DNA of 40,659 nt from Oligoflexales bacterium (GCA_045106415.1 JBGCEP010000008.1:1-40659); one strand, 5' to 3'; shown: positions 9,484-19,170, counted from the first letter of the stretch. The notes: generated from the letters alone by a model not told the origin. Program-made: numbers and translations.

Positions 9484-10635
9484 CTATTCAAAATATTTCA
9501 AGCAAAATCTTTCATCAATAACCTGAGATTTAAGAATGTTAAGAATCTTTTGCGAAGTTTTTGCATCACCATAAATATATTTGCTATCTTGCGTCAATTT
9601 TCTAAAACTAGGGTCAAAACAAGCTTTCCTCACTGCGGCATAAATATCTTCACTACAATAATCAACATCGATAAACGCTTGCCCATGGATACGTCCTCGC
9701 TGCCGATCTCCAACATTCACAACAGGAAGCTCTATAAAAGGAGCCTCCAAACAACCCGCTGAAGAATTCCCAACAAGACAAGAAGCCTGCTTTAATAAGT
9801 TCACAAACACTTCACGCGGAAGGTTTCTAGCAACTGAAAAAGTACCGTTTGATTCTTCAGATTCAATAGCTTTAATCACATCTTGTGCCCCTGGGTCAGA
9901 ATTTGGGTAAATAACAACACATGGATGAGAATCTCTGCGCACAGCCCGCAACACTTCTTCCGCATCTTCCCTCGCTGAGTTCTGCCTCCAAGAACTTGTA
10001 TGATGCAAAACCACCAATAAAGGCTGTTGTTGCGATCCTACATCCAGATTGCAGCTACGAAAAACCTCTTCTCTAGTCATATCTGGAGTGTCAACAAATT
10101 TTTCTAATGCAGGATTCCCTACGACATGAATACGATCATCACTTTCACCCATTCTTAAAAGCCGATTACGGCTATCTTCGTGAGTCACTAAATGAAGCTG
10201 TGACAACTTACTCACTGAGTGCCGCACCATATCATCAATATTACCTGATCGATCCCCCCCACAAATATGACCAACAGGAACTCCTAAATAAGTTCCCGTC
10301 ATAGCTGTCACCAAAGATTCTTCTCTATCACCAAGAGTCAGCAAAAGATCAGGTTTCCAAGATTCAACCACTTGCGTTAAACCCAAGATCTGTAAAGCAG
10401 ACCCTTTGAGCTGAGCTGATCGAGTATCTCCGTGTATTAAGCTTTCTATTTTCTCAATAATTTTAAATCCTTCAGCCTCAATCACCTCAACGCTACGACC
10501 AAACGTCGAACTCAAGTGTGCACCTGTTACAGCGAGACCCAAGTCAACCTCCGGATCTTCATTCAAAACCTTTAACGCAGGAAATAAAACGTCAAAATCA
10601 GAACGAATACCTGTCACATATAGAATCTTACGCAT
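9484..10635 (-). CDS. neuC: UDP-N-acetylglucosamine 2-epimerase (hydrolysing), NeuC family
   Basis: VTGIRSDF, TGAHLS..FG, LGDREE, HICGGD.SG.IDD..RH..SKL, YPNSD.G, VGNSSAG, GDRQRGR, YGD. Confidence 0.9.
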   Translation of the reverse strand: MRKILYVTGIRSDFDVLFPALKVLNEDPEVDLGLAVTGAHLSSTFGRSVEVIEAEGFKIIEKIESLIHGDTRSAQLKGSALQILGLTQVVESWKPDLLLTLGDREESLVTAMTGTYLGVPVGHICGGDRSGNIDDMVRHSVSKLSQLHLVTHEDSRNRLLRMGESDDRIHVVGNPALEKFVDTPDMTREEVFRSCNLDVGSQQQPLLVVLHHTSSWRQNSAREDAEEVLRAVRRDSHPCVVIYPNSDPGAQDVIKAIESEESNGTFSVARNLPREVFVNLLKQASCLVGNSSAGCLEAPFIELPVVNVGDRQRGRIHGQAFIDVDYCSEDIYAAVRKACFDPSFRKLTQDSKYIYGDAKTSQKILNILKSQVIDERFCLKYFE

Positions 10636-10677
10636 GAAGAGCCTCTAAAATAAAACCATTTGAAAAATAGACACTTA

Positions 10678-10706
10678 AGTATAATTTTCACATAGATAGC
10701 TGTCAA
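10678..10706 (-). promoter_or_regulatory. sigma70 promoter of neuC
   Basis: TTGACA-N17-TATACT on the minus strand. Confidence 0.7.
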
Positions 10707-10882
10707 TCAACAGCATGATCGCTTTTTTTATCAACCCCACAAAGAGCCTTCTACATAAAAAAATCATCTATCCTCAAAAAACGTCTCTCAAGTTGACAAC
10801 AAAATATTTATTTTCATAGACACAAGTCCACTCTTTCGTTTAAAACTTCACGTCTGGACTCTCGTAAGAAAAGGAAACAAAG

Positions 10883-11875
10883 ATGAGCCAACCATATGAA
10901 ATATTGAGTTTTTATAAGTTTGTCGACATTGAAGATCCTACAGCTCTTCAAGCTGACCTCAAAAAATTAACACAAACTCTCAATATGCTTGGAACAATTC
11001 TTCTTGCTAAGGAGGGTATTAACGGCATGGTTACAGGCTCACCGACGGATATAGAAGTATTTAAATCTTCTATGCACGAAAACCCTTTGTTTTCAGATCT
11101 TTTATTTAAAGCAAATCTTCATGACCAACCCGCTTTTAGCCGCATGCTTGTGAAAGTAAAAAACCATATTATCACTCTTAGAAAAGAAGTTGAGCCTACA
11201 AAAGAAACAGGAGAATACCTTTCCCCAAAAGATTTTCTCGACTGGCAAAACAAAAACAAAGACATGATCATCCTGGATACACGAAATGATTATGAAGTTG
11301 AGATGGGAACTTTTCAGAATGCTGTGAACCCAGATATTCAATCTTTCGATCAATTTCCTGAGTGGGTTGATCAAAACTTAGAAAACAACAAAAAAACACC
11401 CATCGTTACTTTTTGCACTGGTGGAATCCGCTGTGAAAAAGCCACAGCTTATATGAAGCAAAAAGGGTTTGAATCCGTCTACCAACTTGACGGTGGTATT
11501 ATTACTTATTTTGAAGAAACCAAAAACGACCCAGAAAACAATTATTGGGTTGGAGAGTGCACCGTCTTCGACAAAAGAAAAGCTATAACAAAAACCTTAG
11601 AGCCAAGCACTCAACTCATCTGTTATGTCTGCCTCACTACCATAAAAGAAGAAAATTTAGCGCAACAGCCGACCAAAGACGCTCTTTGCATCACATGCGC
11701 TAAAAGTATGAAAGAAAGCCAAGAAAAGAGAACCAAAAAAGGAATTGAAAAAAGCACTGAATTTCATCAAAAAAGAGCAAATTTTCTACATAAAGAAAGA
11801 ATAAAGTATTCAGTGAAATTTAAAGAACATCAAAACCATCATTCAACAGAGAGCAGCACTTCAAACTCGAACTGA
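10883..11875 (+). CDS. trhO: tRNA uridine(34) hydroxylase TrhO (YceA/UPF0176 rhodanese)
   Basis: FYKF, GTILLAKEGING, LDTRNDYE..GTF, FCTGGIRCEKA, YQLDGGI..Y, W.GEC.VFD.R. Confidence 0.9.
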   Translation: MSQPYEILSFYKFVDIEDPTALQADLKKLTQTLNMLGTILLAKEGINGMVTGSPTDIEVFKSSMHENPLFSDLLFKANLHDQPAFSRMLVKVKNHIITLRKEVEPTKETGEYLSPKDFLDWQNKNKDMIILDTRNDYEVEMGTFQNAVNPDIQSFDQFPEWVDQNLENNKKTPIVTFCTGGIRCEKATAYMKQKGFESVYQLDGGIITYFEETKNDPENNYWVGECTVFDKRKAITKTLEPSTQLICYVCLTTIKEENLAQQPTKDALCITCAKSMKESQEKRTKKGIEKSTEFHQKRANFLHKERIKYSVKFKEHQNHHSTESSTSNSN

Positions 11876-11902
11876 CAGTTAAAATTTAGATCGACACAGC
11901 AA

Positions 11903-12885
11903 GATGTTGTTGCATAAATCGTTGTTGAAATCAAGAAGATAGCCCTCTAGAATTTGGTTCGACAAAAAACTAAAATTTTAGGGGGCTGATTTGAAGCATA
12001 CTTATCGTGTCAAAAATTGGAAGCAACATAATCAATCTTTGATCAACCGGGGAAATATTACAATCTGGTTTGATGATAAAGCCATTGTCTCAATGGGCTT
12101 CTTCCGAGTGTTCTCCAAAAAGAGGGCGGCCACTTTTATATAGTAATCATGCCATTGAACCTGGATTGATTTTAAAGAGCATTTACCACCTACAGCTTCG
12201 CCAGTTATAAGGTTTTATAGAAGGTCTGTTTCACCTTCTCAATATAGATTTTCTAGCTCCAAATGATTCGACTTTTTCAAGACATGCGAAGGATATTGAT
12301 GTTGCTTTAGAACATATTAATCTAGGAAAACCTATACACCTGGTCATTGATGCCACTAGGATGAAAATTCATGGAGAAGGAGAGTGGCATATGAGAACCT
12401 ATGGGAAATCAAAAAGACGCAAATAGAAGAAGTTTCATGCCGGTGTTGATGTTGAAACGAGACAAATCACCGCCCTTACTATGACGGAGTTTAATGCTCA
12501 TAACAGTTTAGAAACTGACAACCTTATCCAGAACACATCAAGCGAAATTGAGACTATAACAAGGGATAAGGCTTACAATAACAAGCGTGCCTATGATGCA
12601 ATTGCACGAGTTAAAGCCTGGCCTCACACTCATCCTCATAGTGGGGCTGCACTAACCAATATGAGACAGATGCTTCGCAACAATAATGCCAGAAACGTCT
12701 GGGACCTTTTGCAAAAACAATTGAAAAAAGAAGCTGGATATCATGATCGAAGTTTAGTTGGAAATACATTCTTTCGTTACAAAACGATATTAGGCCCAAA
12801 AATGCGGGCTAGAAATTTTCGCAATCAATGTACGGAACTTAGGGTCGGTGCGCAAATTCTGAATCTAATGACCCATTTAGGTATG
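11903..12885 (+). mobile_element. IS5-family (IS903 group) element remnant with pseudogenised transposase
   Basis: Left IR GATGTTGTTGCATAAATC (14/18 to the IS903 IR as recalled); TTG 11991 YRVKNWKQHNQSLINRGNITIWFD, HLVIDAT.MKIHGEGEW, GYHDRSLVG.TFFRYK, LMTHLGM; frameshift near 12090 and in-frame stops; no right IR. Confidence 0.88.
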
Positions 12886-13385
12886 TGTTTTAACCTCTTG
12901 AGGTTTTCCAATAAATAGCGGTTCGCAATACTTTAAGGTCCTGCATATTTGCTTCTTATTCGTTTTATTCTTTAATTTTTCAACAACTTCTTTTGCTGTT
13001 TTAACATCCGCTCGCGGTGATTTTTTTATAGGTTTCATTTGCGGCTTCAAGGATCACCTTGTCTACCGCATGTTCTCCAAAAACTTTTTAAAGTTGATTA
13101 TTTTCTTCCCTCAACTTATCCAGTTCGTTTAGAATATATTGATAATCTGTTGTTTTTCTGAGTTGATCTTTACACATCATTCTCTTCCAGTTGTAGATTT
13201 TTACGGGATGTATACCATGTTTTTTGCTAGATCAGAATGAGTCAAAATACCAGAGTCAAGTTCTTCTAAAATTTCTTGTTTTTGACGATTTGAGAAATAT
13301 CTTTTCTTTATTATTGTCTGATCTGGGTCCATTTTGACCTCTCCTAGTTATTGGAGGTGTCTAGGCCAAATGGGGGTCAGGTTTA
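12886..13385 (-). mobile_element. IS3-family remnant (left IR, orfA, start of orfB)
   Basis: IR-like TAAACCTGACCCCCATTTGGCCTAGACA; RBS AGGAGAGG; ATG 13332 ..RYFSNRQKQEILEE...LAK/HGIHPVKIYNWKR...LREEN (HTH_Tnp_1-like, frameshifted, with a stop); A7 slippage site at 13021-13027; orfB stub KQICRTL..RTAIY. Confidence 0.8.
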
Positions 13386-13389
13386 TTTT

Positions 13390-14406
13390 CTAATTTCTAA
13401 AATTATTAATTTCAGACAAAATCATCACAATAAAATCAAACCACTTTCTGTGAGTATAAAAATTAATATTTGCGCCATCTACTACAGCGTAGCCATGATC
13501 AACAATCAATTTATCTAAGTAATCAACTTCCCCTTGCTGGACGGAGATAATCTGGCCATCAGATGACTTCCTGTGAACCAAAACACCAAAAAAATCTTTA
13601 GGGATTAATGTATTAACATATTTAATTGTTGAATAGGATTGTGTTTTACGCATAAGAAGTGGAGGTAAAAAATCTAACGTTAACAACCTAAAGTTTTCAG
13701 AACCCTCTTTCAACACCGCATGTGATTTGAGATTTTTTTGAAGAAAAGTATTCTTTTCAAAATTAAGCTCTATTAGATTTCTGATATCAGTATAAGAAAA
13801 AACCGAACAAGAAAATAAATCTTTTTGTCGTTTCACTGCCGACATAATAACATCAATTTTAACTTCTCCTAAATAAGAGAAGACCTCATTTTGCATATCT
13901 TCAATTAAATATTCATCAAAGCCCAGTGAATCAAATATAAATATCTCTAACTCTTGATATTGGTGAATTAAAACAATTGGGCATAAGTGAGGATCCTCAT
14001 AAGTCTCGTTATCTCTATATAGAATCACATAGTCAACTTTTCTGTCACTCATCGAGGGTGTAGCATTACTTTTTATTAAATCTTTAAGTTCACTTAAAGA
14101 ACAAAAATGTATATTCCAATCTTTCCATGCTTCAGCTTGATCACGCTTTAAATACCGCTCAACAAGATCAAGACCTTTCGGACGTATGAAAATATAGTCT
14201 TCGTCTTTTAAAAAATAATCCTTGAGATGATGTGTGTCCAAATTCTCTAAAATTAATTTATGCATCTTTTCAAGATTTTCAGGAGATTTCACTAGAGAAA
14301 AATTTTTAGCTCTCTCTAAGACTTCATCAAACTGTAAAGGCGCACCTAATAAATTTAAATTTGCGAGCGTAAATATTATCAATACAATACGGAGAAAAAT
14401 TTTCAT
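13390..14406 (-). CDS. Secreted CE-clan (YopJ/AvrA-like or Ulp1-like) cysteine-dependent enzyme
   Basis: Signal peptide MKIFLRIVLIIFTLANLNLLGA; H(LCP)-19aa-D(SLG)...RQKDLFSC.VFS...LPPLLMRKTQS. Confidence 0.6.
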   Translation of the reverse strand: MKIFLRIVLIIFTLANLNLLGAPLQFDEVLERAKNFSLVKSPENLEKMHKLILENLDTHHLKDYFLKDEDYIFIRPKGLDLVERYLKRDQAEAWKDWNIHFCSLSELKDLIKSNATPSMSDRKVDYVILYRDNETYEDPHLCPIVLIHQYQELEIFIFDSLGFDEYLIEDMQNEVFSYLGEVKIDVIMSAVKRQKDLFSCSVFSYTDIRNLIELNFEKNTFLQKNLKSHAVLKEGSENFRLLTLDFLPPLLMRKTQSYSTIKYVNTLIPKDFFGVLVHRKSSDGQIISVQQGEVDYLDKLIVDHGYAVVDGANINFYTHRKWFDFIVMILSEINNFRN

Positions 14407-14711
14407 AAAAACCCTTAAAAAACCAAAACGTGATAACTTTATAATCAAATAATTAACAATGTAACCATACTTCTGGATTTTAAATTTTTGCTGAAACACC
14501 CATATTAATTTAGGGCCTATATAAGATGAGCCTAATCTATCTCAATTCAAGTCACTAAGAAAAGAAATATGTGCAATTTTCTAAATACCTTGCATAAACG
14601 GCAGGATACTACACAAAAACCTAAAGGAAACCTTCATATAATCATAAAAACTCAACTCAGATAAACCTTGGGATTCTCTAGGGAAACACAACAATCAAAA
14701 AACTATCTCCT

Positions 14712-14751
14712 AAAAAAAACAAGATTCTTGTGCTTTTGCACAAGAATCTTG
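14712..14751 (-). terminator. Intrinsic terminator of proS
   Basis: Perfect 14-bp stem CAAGATTCTTGTGC-TTTT-GCACAAGAATCTTG, followed on the minus strand by U8. Confidence 0.85.
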
Positions 14752-14780
14752 CAGTCACAATACTTATATTTTCATTCGAT

Positions 14781-16280
14781 CTAATAAGCTCTAGCGAAAA
14801 TCGACCGTTTCACAGAAGGCTTTCCACTGAAAATACAGACACCACTTTCTTCTGGATCATCCAAAGGAATACAACGATGGGTTACTTTTAAAGGCTTTAA
14901 AATACTTTCAATTTCAGCACCTTCAGACCAGTGAGCCTTCACAAATCCTGTGGAGTCTTTTCCTTTAAAGAATTCTTGGAAATCTTCCAATGATTCTATT
15001 TGGTGAGTATTTTTCTCTTGGAAATCAACAGCTCTTTGATAAAGGTTTGACTGTATATTTCCTAAAGTATCTACAACTCCGGATAAAAGATCGGCAACAA
15101 CAACAGATGATTTTTCTTTCGGACCTTGATCTCTACGAGCAACCATCACATGACCGGCTTCAACATCTCTTGCCCCAACTTCAATACGAATGGGCACACC
15201 TTTTTTGATATACTGCCAAGTTTTCTCTCCACCTCGAAGTTCTCTTAAATCAAGCTCTACACGAAGTTCTTGTTTTTCATATGACAGAGATTCTAAGTCT
15301 TTTTTCAACTGATGACAAAAATCAATCACAGCTTGGTTATCTTTATTTTTCTTTAGAATAGGAAGAATACAAATATGCTTCGGCGCTAATTTCGGAGGAA
15401 GAATCAAACCGTCATCATCACTATGGGTCATAATCAAACCACCAACAAGACGTGTTGTTACACCCCATGAGGTTGTCCATGCAAATTGATCTTCCCCATT
15501 TTCATCTTGAAACGAAATATCCATTGCTTTTGCAAACTTCTGACCTAAAAAATGAGAGGTGCCAGCTTGGATTGCCTTACCATCTTGCATCATAGCTTCA
15601 ATACAATAAGTATTTTCTGCGCCTGGGAAACGTTCGTGTGCTGCTTTTTCACCACAAATAACAGGCATTGCCATATCATTTTTAGCGAAATCTTCATACA
15701 CCCTCAACATCTTCATCGTTTCATCTTCAGCTTCAGCACGCTTCGCATGTGCTGTATGGCCTTCTTGCCATAAAAACTCTGATGTCCTCAAAAATTGTCT
15801 TGTTCTCATTTCCCAACGAACAACGTTCGCCCATTGGTTAATAAGCAGAGGGAGATCACGATAAGATTGAACCCACTTTGAATAGCTTGAACCAATAATC
15901 ATTTCACTTGTTGGTCGAACAACAAGTGGCTCTTCCAGCTTACCAGCTGGTTTCAAACCACCTTCACCATCTGCTTCTAATCTGTGGTGTGTCACAACAG
16001 CGCACTCTTTTGCAAAACCATCAACGTGCTCTGCTTCTTTTTCTAAAAAGCTCAAGGGAATAAAAAGAGGAAAGTATGCATTCACATGTCCAGTATCCTT
16101 GAACATCTTATCTAATTTAGATTTCATATTTTCCCAAATCGCGTACCCCCATGGCTTAATCACCATACAGCCACGAACAACCGAAGACTCTGAGAGATCT
16201 GCTGCACGAATCACTTGCTGGTACCATTCAGGGTAGTTTTCTTTACGAGTTGGAGAAATTGCATTTGTAGGTTTTGACAT
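14781..16280 (-). CDS. proS: Prolyl-tRNA synthetase (archaeal/eukaryote-like type, no INS editing domain)
   Basis: EWYQ, RPTSE, QWANVVRWE.R...FLRT.EFLWQEGHT, GTSHFLGQ, TSWG.TTR, C-terminal FARAY. Confidence 0.97.
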   Translation of the reverse strand: MSKPTNAISPTRKENYPEWYQQVIRAADLSESSVVRGCMVIKPWGYAIWENMKSKLDKMFKDTGHVNAYFPLFIPLSFLEKEAEHVDGFAKECAVVTHHRLEADGEGGLKPAGKLEEPLVVRPTSEMIIGSSYSKWVQSYRDLPLLINQWANVVRWEMRTRQFLRTSEFLWQEGHTAHAKRAEAEDETMKMLRVYEDFAKNDMAMPVICGEKAAHERFPGAENTYCIEAMMQDGKAIQAGTSHFLGQKFAKAMDISFQDENGEDQFAWTTSWGVTTRLVGGLIMTHSDDDGLILPPKLAPKHICILPILKKNKDNQAVIDFCHQLKKDLESLSYEKQELRVELDLRELRGGEKTWQYIKKGVPIRIEVGARDVEAGHVMVARRDQGPKEKSSVVVADLLSGVVDTLGNIQSNLYQRAVDFQEKNTHQIESLEDFQEFFKGKDSTGFVKAHWSEGAEIESILKPLKVTHRCIPLDDPEESGVCIFSGKPSVKRSIFARAY

Positions 16281-16378
16281 TCTTTTAAGCCTTTCAAATC
16301 CACCAGATACATCTGGTTTTCAGGATCCAGACTATACCTGATTTCTAAAGAAGACGAAACCAAAGATCGAAAGCGATC

Positions 16379-17659
16379 TTATTTCAAACGATGAACTTTT
16401 AAAAGAAAAGAGAAGTGTTTATAAATTTCACTAACAATAGCAGAATTTGCATCAAGCACAGCAACCTTAGGGTGCTCACGGACAGATAAGGCTAAAGGAA
16501 CAGTATCCGAAACAACTAATTGATCAATATCAGTACTTTCAAGAGCAGCCTTTGCTGAACCTGTCAAATGAGTCACAACAGCAATCACAGATTTCGCACC
16601 CTTACTCTTCAATTCCTTCGCAGATAAAGCCAATGTTTTTCCAGAACATGTCTCATCATCTACGATAGCAACATTCAAGCCGTCAACATTTCCGCGAACC
16701 TCACTCAAATCTTCAATAGCTCCTCTAAGCCCTCTTTTCTTTTGTAAGCTTTCCGAAAAAACACCCAACCATGAAGCAATTTTCGATGCTTCTTTTTGAA
16801 AACCTGCATCAGGAGAAACGACAAGATCAACCTTTTTATCTCGTAAGAATTGAGCAATAAACCCAGCACTTTGCACAACAAGTACCGGAATATCATAAAA
16901 ACCAACCATTTGATCGCTATGTGGCCTCACAGTAGTCATCACATGAGCACCTGCTGCTGAAAAAAGATCTGCCACAAGCCGCCCTTGAGCCACAATCCCA
17001 GAACCTCTATAGAGTTTGTCAGACCTAGAGTAAGGTAAATATGGAGAAATAACATGCACATAAGCACCTCTTTGTGCATATTGATAGACTTTAGATAATG
17101 CTTGTAAAATATCTCGACTTCTCGTTCCCCTTAACTCAACCCATGCTATGTTTTTATCTGAAATAGATAGGGCATCACAACTTTCAGTCTCTATTTGAAA
17201 AGGAAATTGAAATGAGAAACCAGTAGATGTGACATGTTTCTGCTGCCGAGGCCAAGTTCGAAAAACCGATTGTTTGCGTTCTAGTCGCTTTTTCGTATTT
17301 TTTAAAAAAAGACTTTCAACACCAGCAACAGCCAACAAATCATACATCAAATTCTCAGACACTGAATCTAGATAAAGTCTCTTTTGAGAATGCTCAACAA
17401 CAATACTCCGTGCGAACATGTGACGTGCCGTGTACGCTTGTAAAAGAGCTTCAAAAAACCTGTCCTCATGAAAACCGTCTTCTAAAAAAATACTTACATC
17501 TTCTCCTGATACATCTTTTAACTCAACCTGCATATTACCATTTGAAAACATTGAAGTTTGGTTATGGTTGCTTTTATGAGCGTCAAGAAGAATGGGCTGC
17601 GCAAAACAAGAATAGGACAAAAGGAAAAGAAGAGAAAAAAAATCATACCGAAATATCAT
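16379..17659 (-). CDS. Ribose-phosphate pyrophosphokinase (PRPP synthetase)-like protein with signal peptide and duplicated N-terminal domain
   Basis: PYLPYSRSDK, ADLFSAAGA, H..Q..GFYDIPV, VVSPDAG, K.R, IVDDETCSGKTL, VTH; extra N-domain FSNGN.QVELKDVSGEDV; start placed at ATG 17659. Confidence 0.8.
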   Translation of the reverse strand: MIFRYDFFSLLFLLSYSCFAQPILLDAHKSNHNQTSMFSNGNMQVELKDVSGEDVSIFLEDGFHEDRFFEALLQAYTARHMFARSIVVEHSQKRLYLDSVSENLMYDLLAVAGVESLFLKNTKKRLERKQSVFRTWPRQQKHVTSTGFSFQFPFQIETESCDALSISDKNIAWVELRGTRSRDILQALSKVYQYAQRGAYVHVISPYLPYSRSDKLYRGSGIVAQGRLVADLFSAAGAHVMTTVRPHSDQMVGFYDIPVLVVQSAGFIAQFLRDKKVDLVVSPDAGFQKEASKIASWLGVFSESLQKKRGLRGAIEDLSEVRGNVDGLNVAIVDDETCSGKTLALSAKELKSKGAKSVIAVVTHLTGSAKAALESTDIDQLVVSDTVPLALSVREHPKVAVLDANSAIVSEIYKHFSFLLKVHRLK

Positions 17660-17797
17660 ATGGCTTCCCTTTTTTAGCAATGAGCTTGATCAGAACATGA
17701 CAAAAAAAAGAAGGATTTACCACACAAACCATATAAATATCTGTATATTTAAAAATAAGCAGAAGTATGTGTGGTTTTTTAAAATAATTGCGAATAC

Positions 17798-18241
17798 TCA
17801 TAAATGATAGCGAATCGCAAGTAGACCACTCACTCCAAACCATGTTGACGGGTAGATCCCTAAAACAGGTGAAAGACCAAGAGCAATATGAAGAGAAGCT
17901 TTGGGGATTCGATATATGAAGCCAGCAGGAGTACGAATCTCTGTAAGAAAATTTGAAGACGTTGTCACCTTGGCTCCATAGCCAGCAAAGCCATCTAGGG
18001 GAAAATCACCAATCATAACTTTTCTTGGAAAAACATACATTTTGTAACCCGCTCCTACCACGTGAATAGTTTTTTGATCAAACGCCCAACCAAAGTCCAC
18101 TTGATAGCCTTCAAGACCATCAAGATCCAACCAACTCACGCCAACAAAATCATAAAGTTGGACACCAATCATTTGGCTACCCACGGCTCGGCCTGAACTA
18201 AGAACACATAAAATCAAAGAAAGCATGATTGTTTTTTTCAC
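17798..18241 (-). CDS. Small secreted/outer-membrane beta-barrel-like protein
   Basis: Signal peptide, alternating Gly/aromatic beta-strands, C-terminal AIRYHL. Confidence 0.6.
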   Translation of the reverse strand: MKKTIMLSLILCVLSSGRAVGSQMIGVQLYDFVGVSWLDLDGLEGYQVDFGWAFDQKTIHVVGAGYKMYVFPRKVMIGDFPLDGFAGYGAKVTTSSNFLTEIRTPAGFIYRIPKASLHIALGLSPVLGIYPSTWFGVSGLLAIRYHL

Positions 18242-18309
18242 AGGATATCCTTTTTCTCATTTTTTTCCATTGTAAAGGCGGAGAAGAGAACACTGCAAGC
18301 CAGCTTACT

Positions 18310-18336
18310 TTAAAAGATACAGTTTTCATCCGATGG
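18310..18336 (+). promoter_or_regulatory. sigma28/FliA-like promoter
   Basis: TTAA-N15-TCCGATGG about 29 nt upstream of ATG 18365. Confidence 0.45.
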
Positions 18337-18364
18337 AATATTAAACTCATTTGAAAGGTGAATT

Positions 18365-19162
18365 ATGAAAATTCTCAAGAAATTAGGCATTGCCTTACTT
18401 CCTCTCGGATTATGGCAATGTGGAAGCCTAGAAGACGCTGTTGAACTGCAGAACTATTTAGCTCAGCTGCAATTGGCAGACTGTTTCGAAACCTCTGATG
18501 AAGGTTATGTACCAGAGTCATCAACAGCAACTGATGATGAAGCTGAAACAGAAGAACTCACAGAGTGCCAAGCAGATTTGACAGAAGTTTACGATGTAGA
18601 TGGTGATGGAGAAATTTCTGAAGCTGAAGGCACAGAGCTTGAAGCTCACATCAAAGAGCGCCAAACGGCTCGAAATGCTGCTTGTACCGAAGAAGGCATT
18701 ACCGATGAAACCGCATGTTTAGCTCATCATAAAGCGCAAAGAAAAATCCTCAGAGAAATAGCGATCACTTCATGCCTTCTTGACTACGACGCCGATAGTG
18801 ATTCTTCACTTTCTAAAACGGAAATGAAAGCATGCCATGACGCTAAAAAAGCTGAAAGAAAAGAAATTAGAAAAGATCTTCGTTGCCAAAACGACGATAA
18901 CAACGAGTGTGGACCTATCAAACTTGAAAAAATGAAAACAATTGCAAAATCTAAAGAAAAAACACGAAAAACATTCGTAGATGACACAGCACCAGGCGGG
19001 GTGATTGGTGATAAAACAGCAGCTGCTAAAAAATTAAAAGATGCCTCAACAACCAAAGCAGCTGAAAGATCCCCTCGAAAAGCTGCTAATGAAACAAAAG
19101 CAAGTGCTGGAAACACAGCTCGTAAAAGCCGAGGCAAAGTGGCTAAAGCAGCAACGCCATAA
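18365..19162 (+). CDS. EF-hand-containing Cys-rich lipoprotein
   Basis: Lipobox LWQC; EF-hand loops DVDGDGEISEAE and DADSDSSLSKTE; K/A-rich basic tail. Confidence 0.75.
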   Translation: MKILKKLGIALLPLGLWQCGSLEDAVELQNYLAQLQLADCFETSDEGYVPESSTATDDEAETEELTECQADLTEVYDVDGDGEISEAEGTELEAHIKERQTARNAACTEEGITDETACLAHHKAQRKILREIAITSCLLDYDADSDSSLSKTEMKACHDAKKAERKEIRKDLRCQNDDNNECGPIKLEKMKTIAKSKEKTRKTFVDDTAPGGVIGDKTAAAKKLKDASTTKAAERSPRKAANETKASAGNTARKSRGKVAKAATP

Positions 19163-19170
19163 AAACATTT

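Noticed and set aside
10793..10822. TTGACA upstream of trhO as a sigma70 promoter
   Set aside because: No convincing -10 hexamer at 16-18 nt spacing
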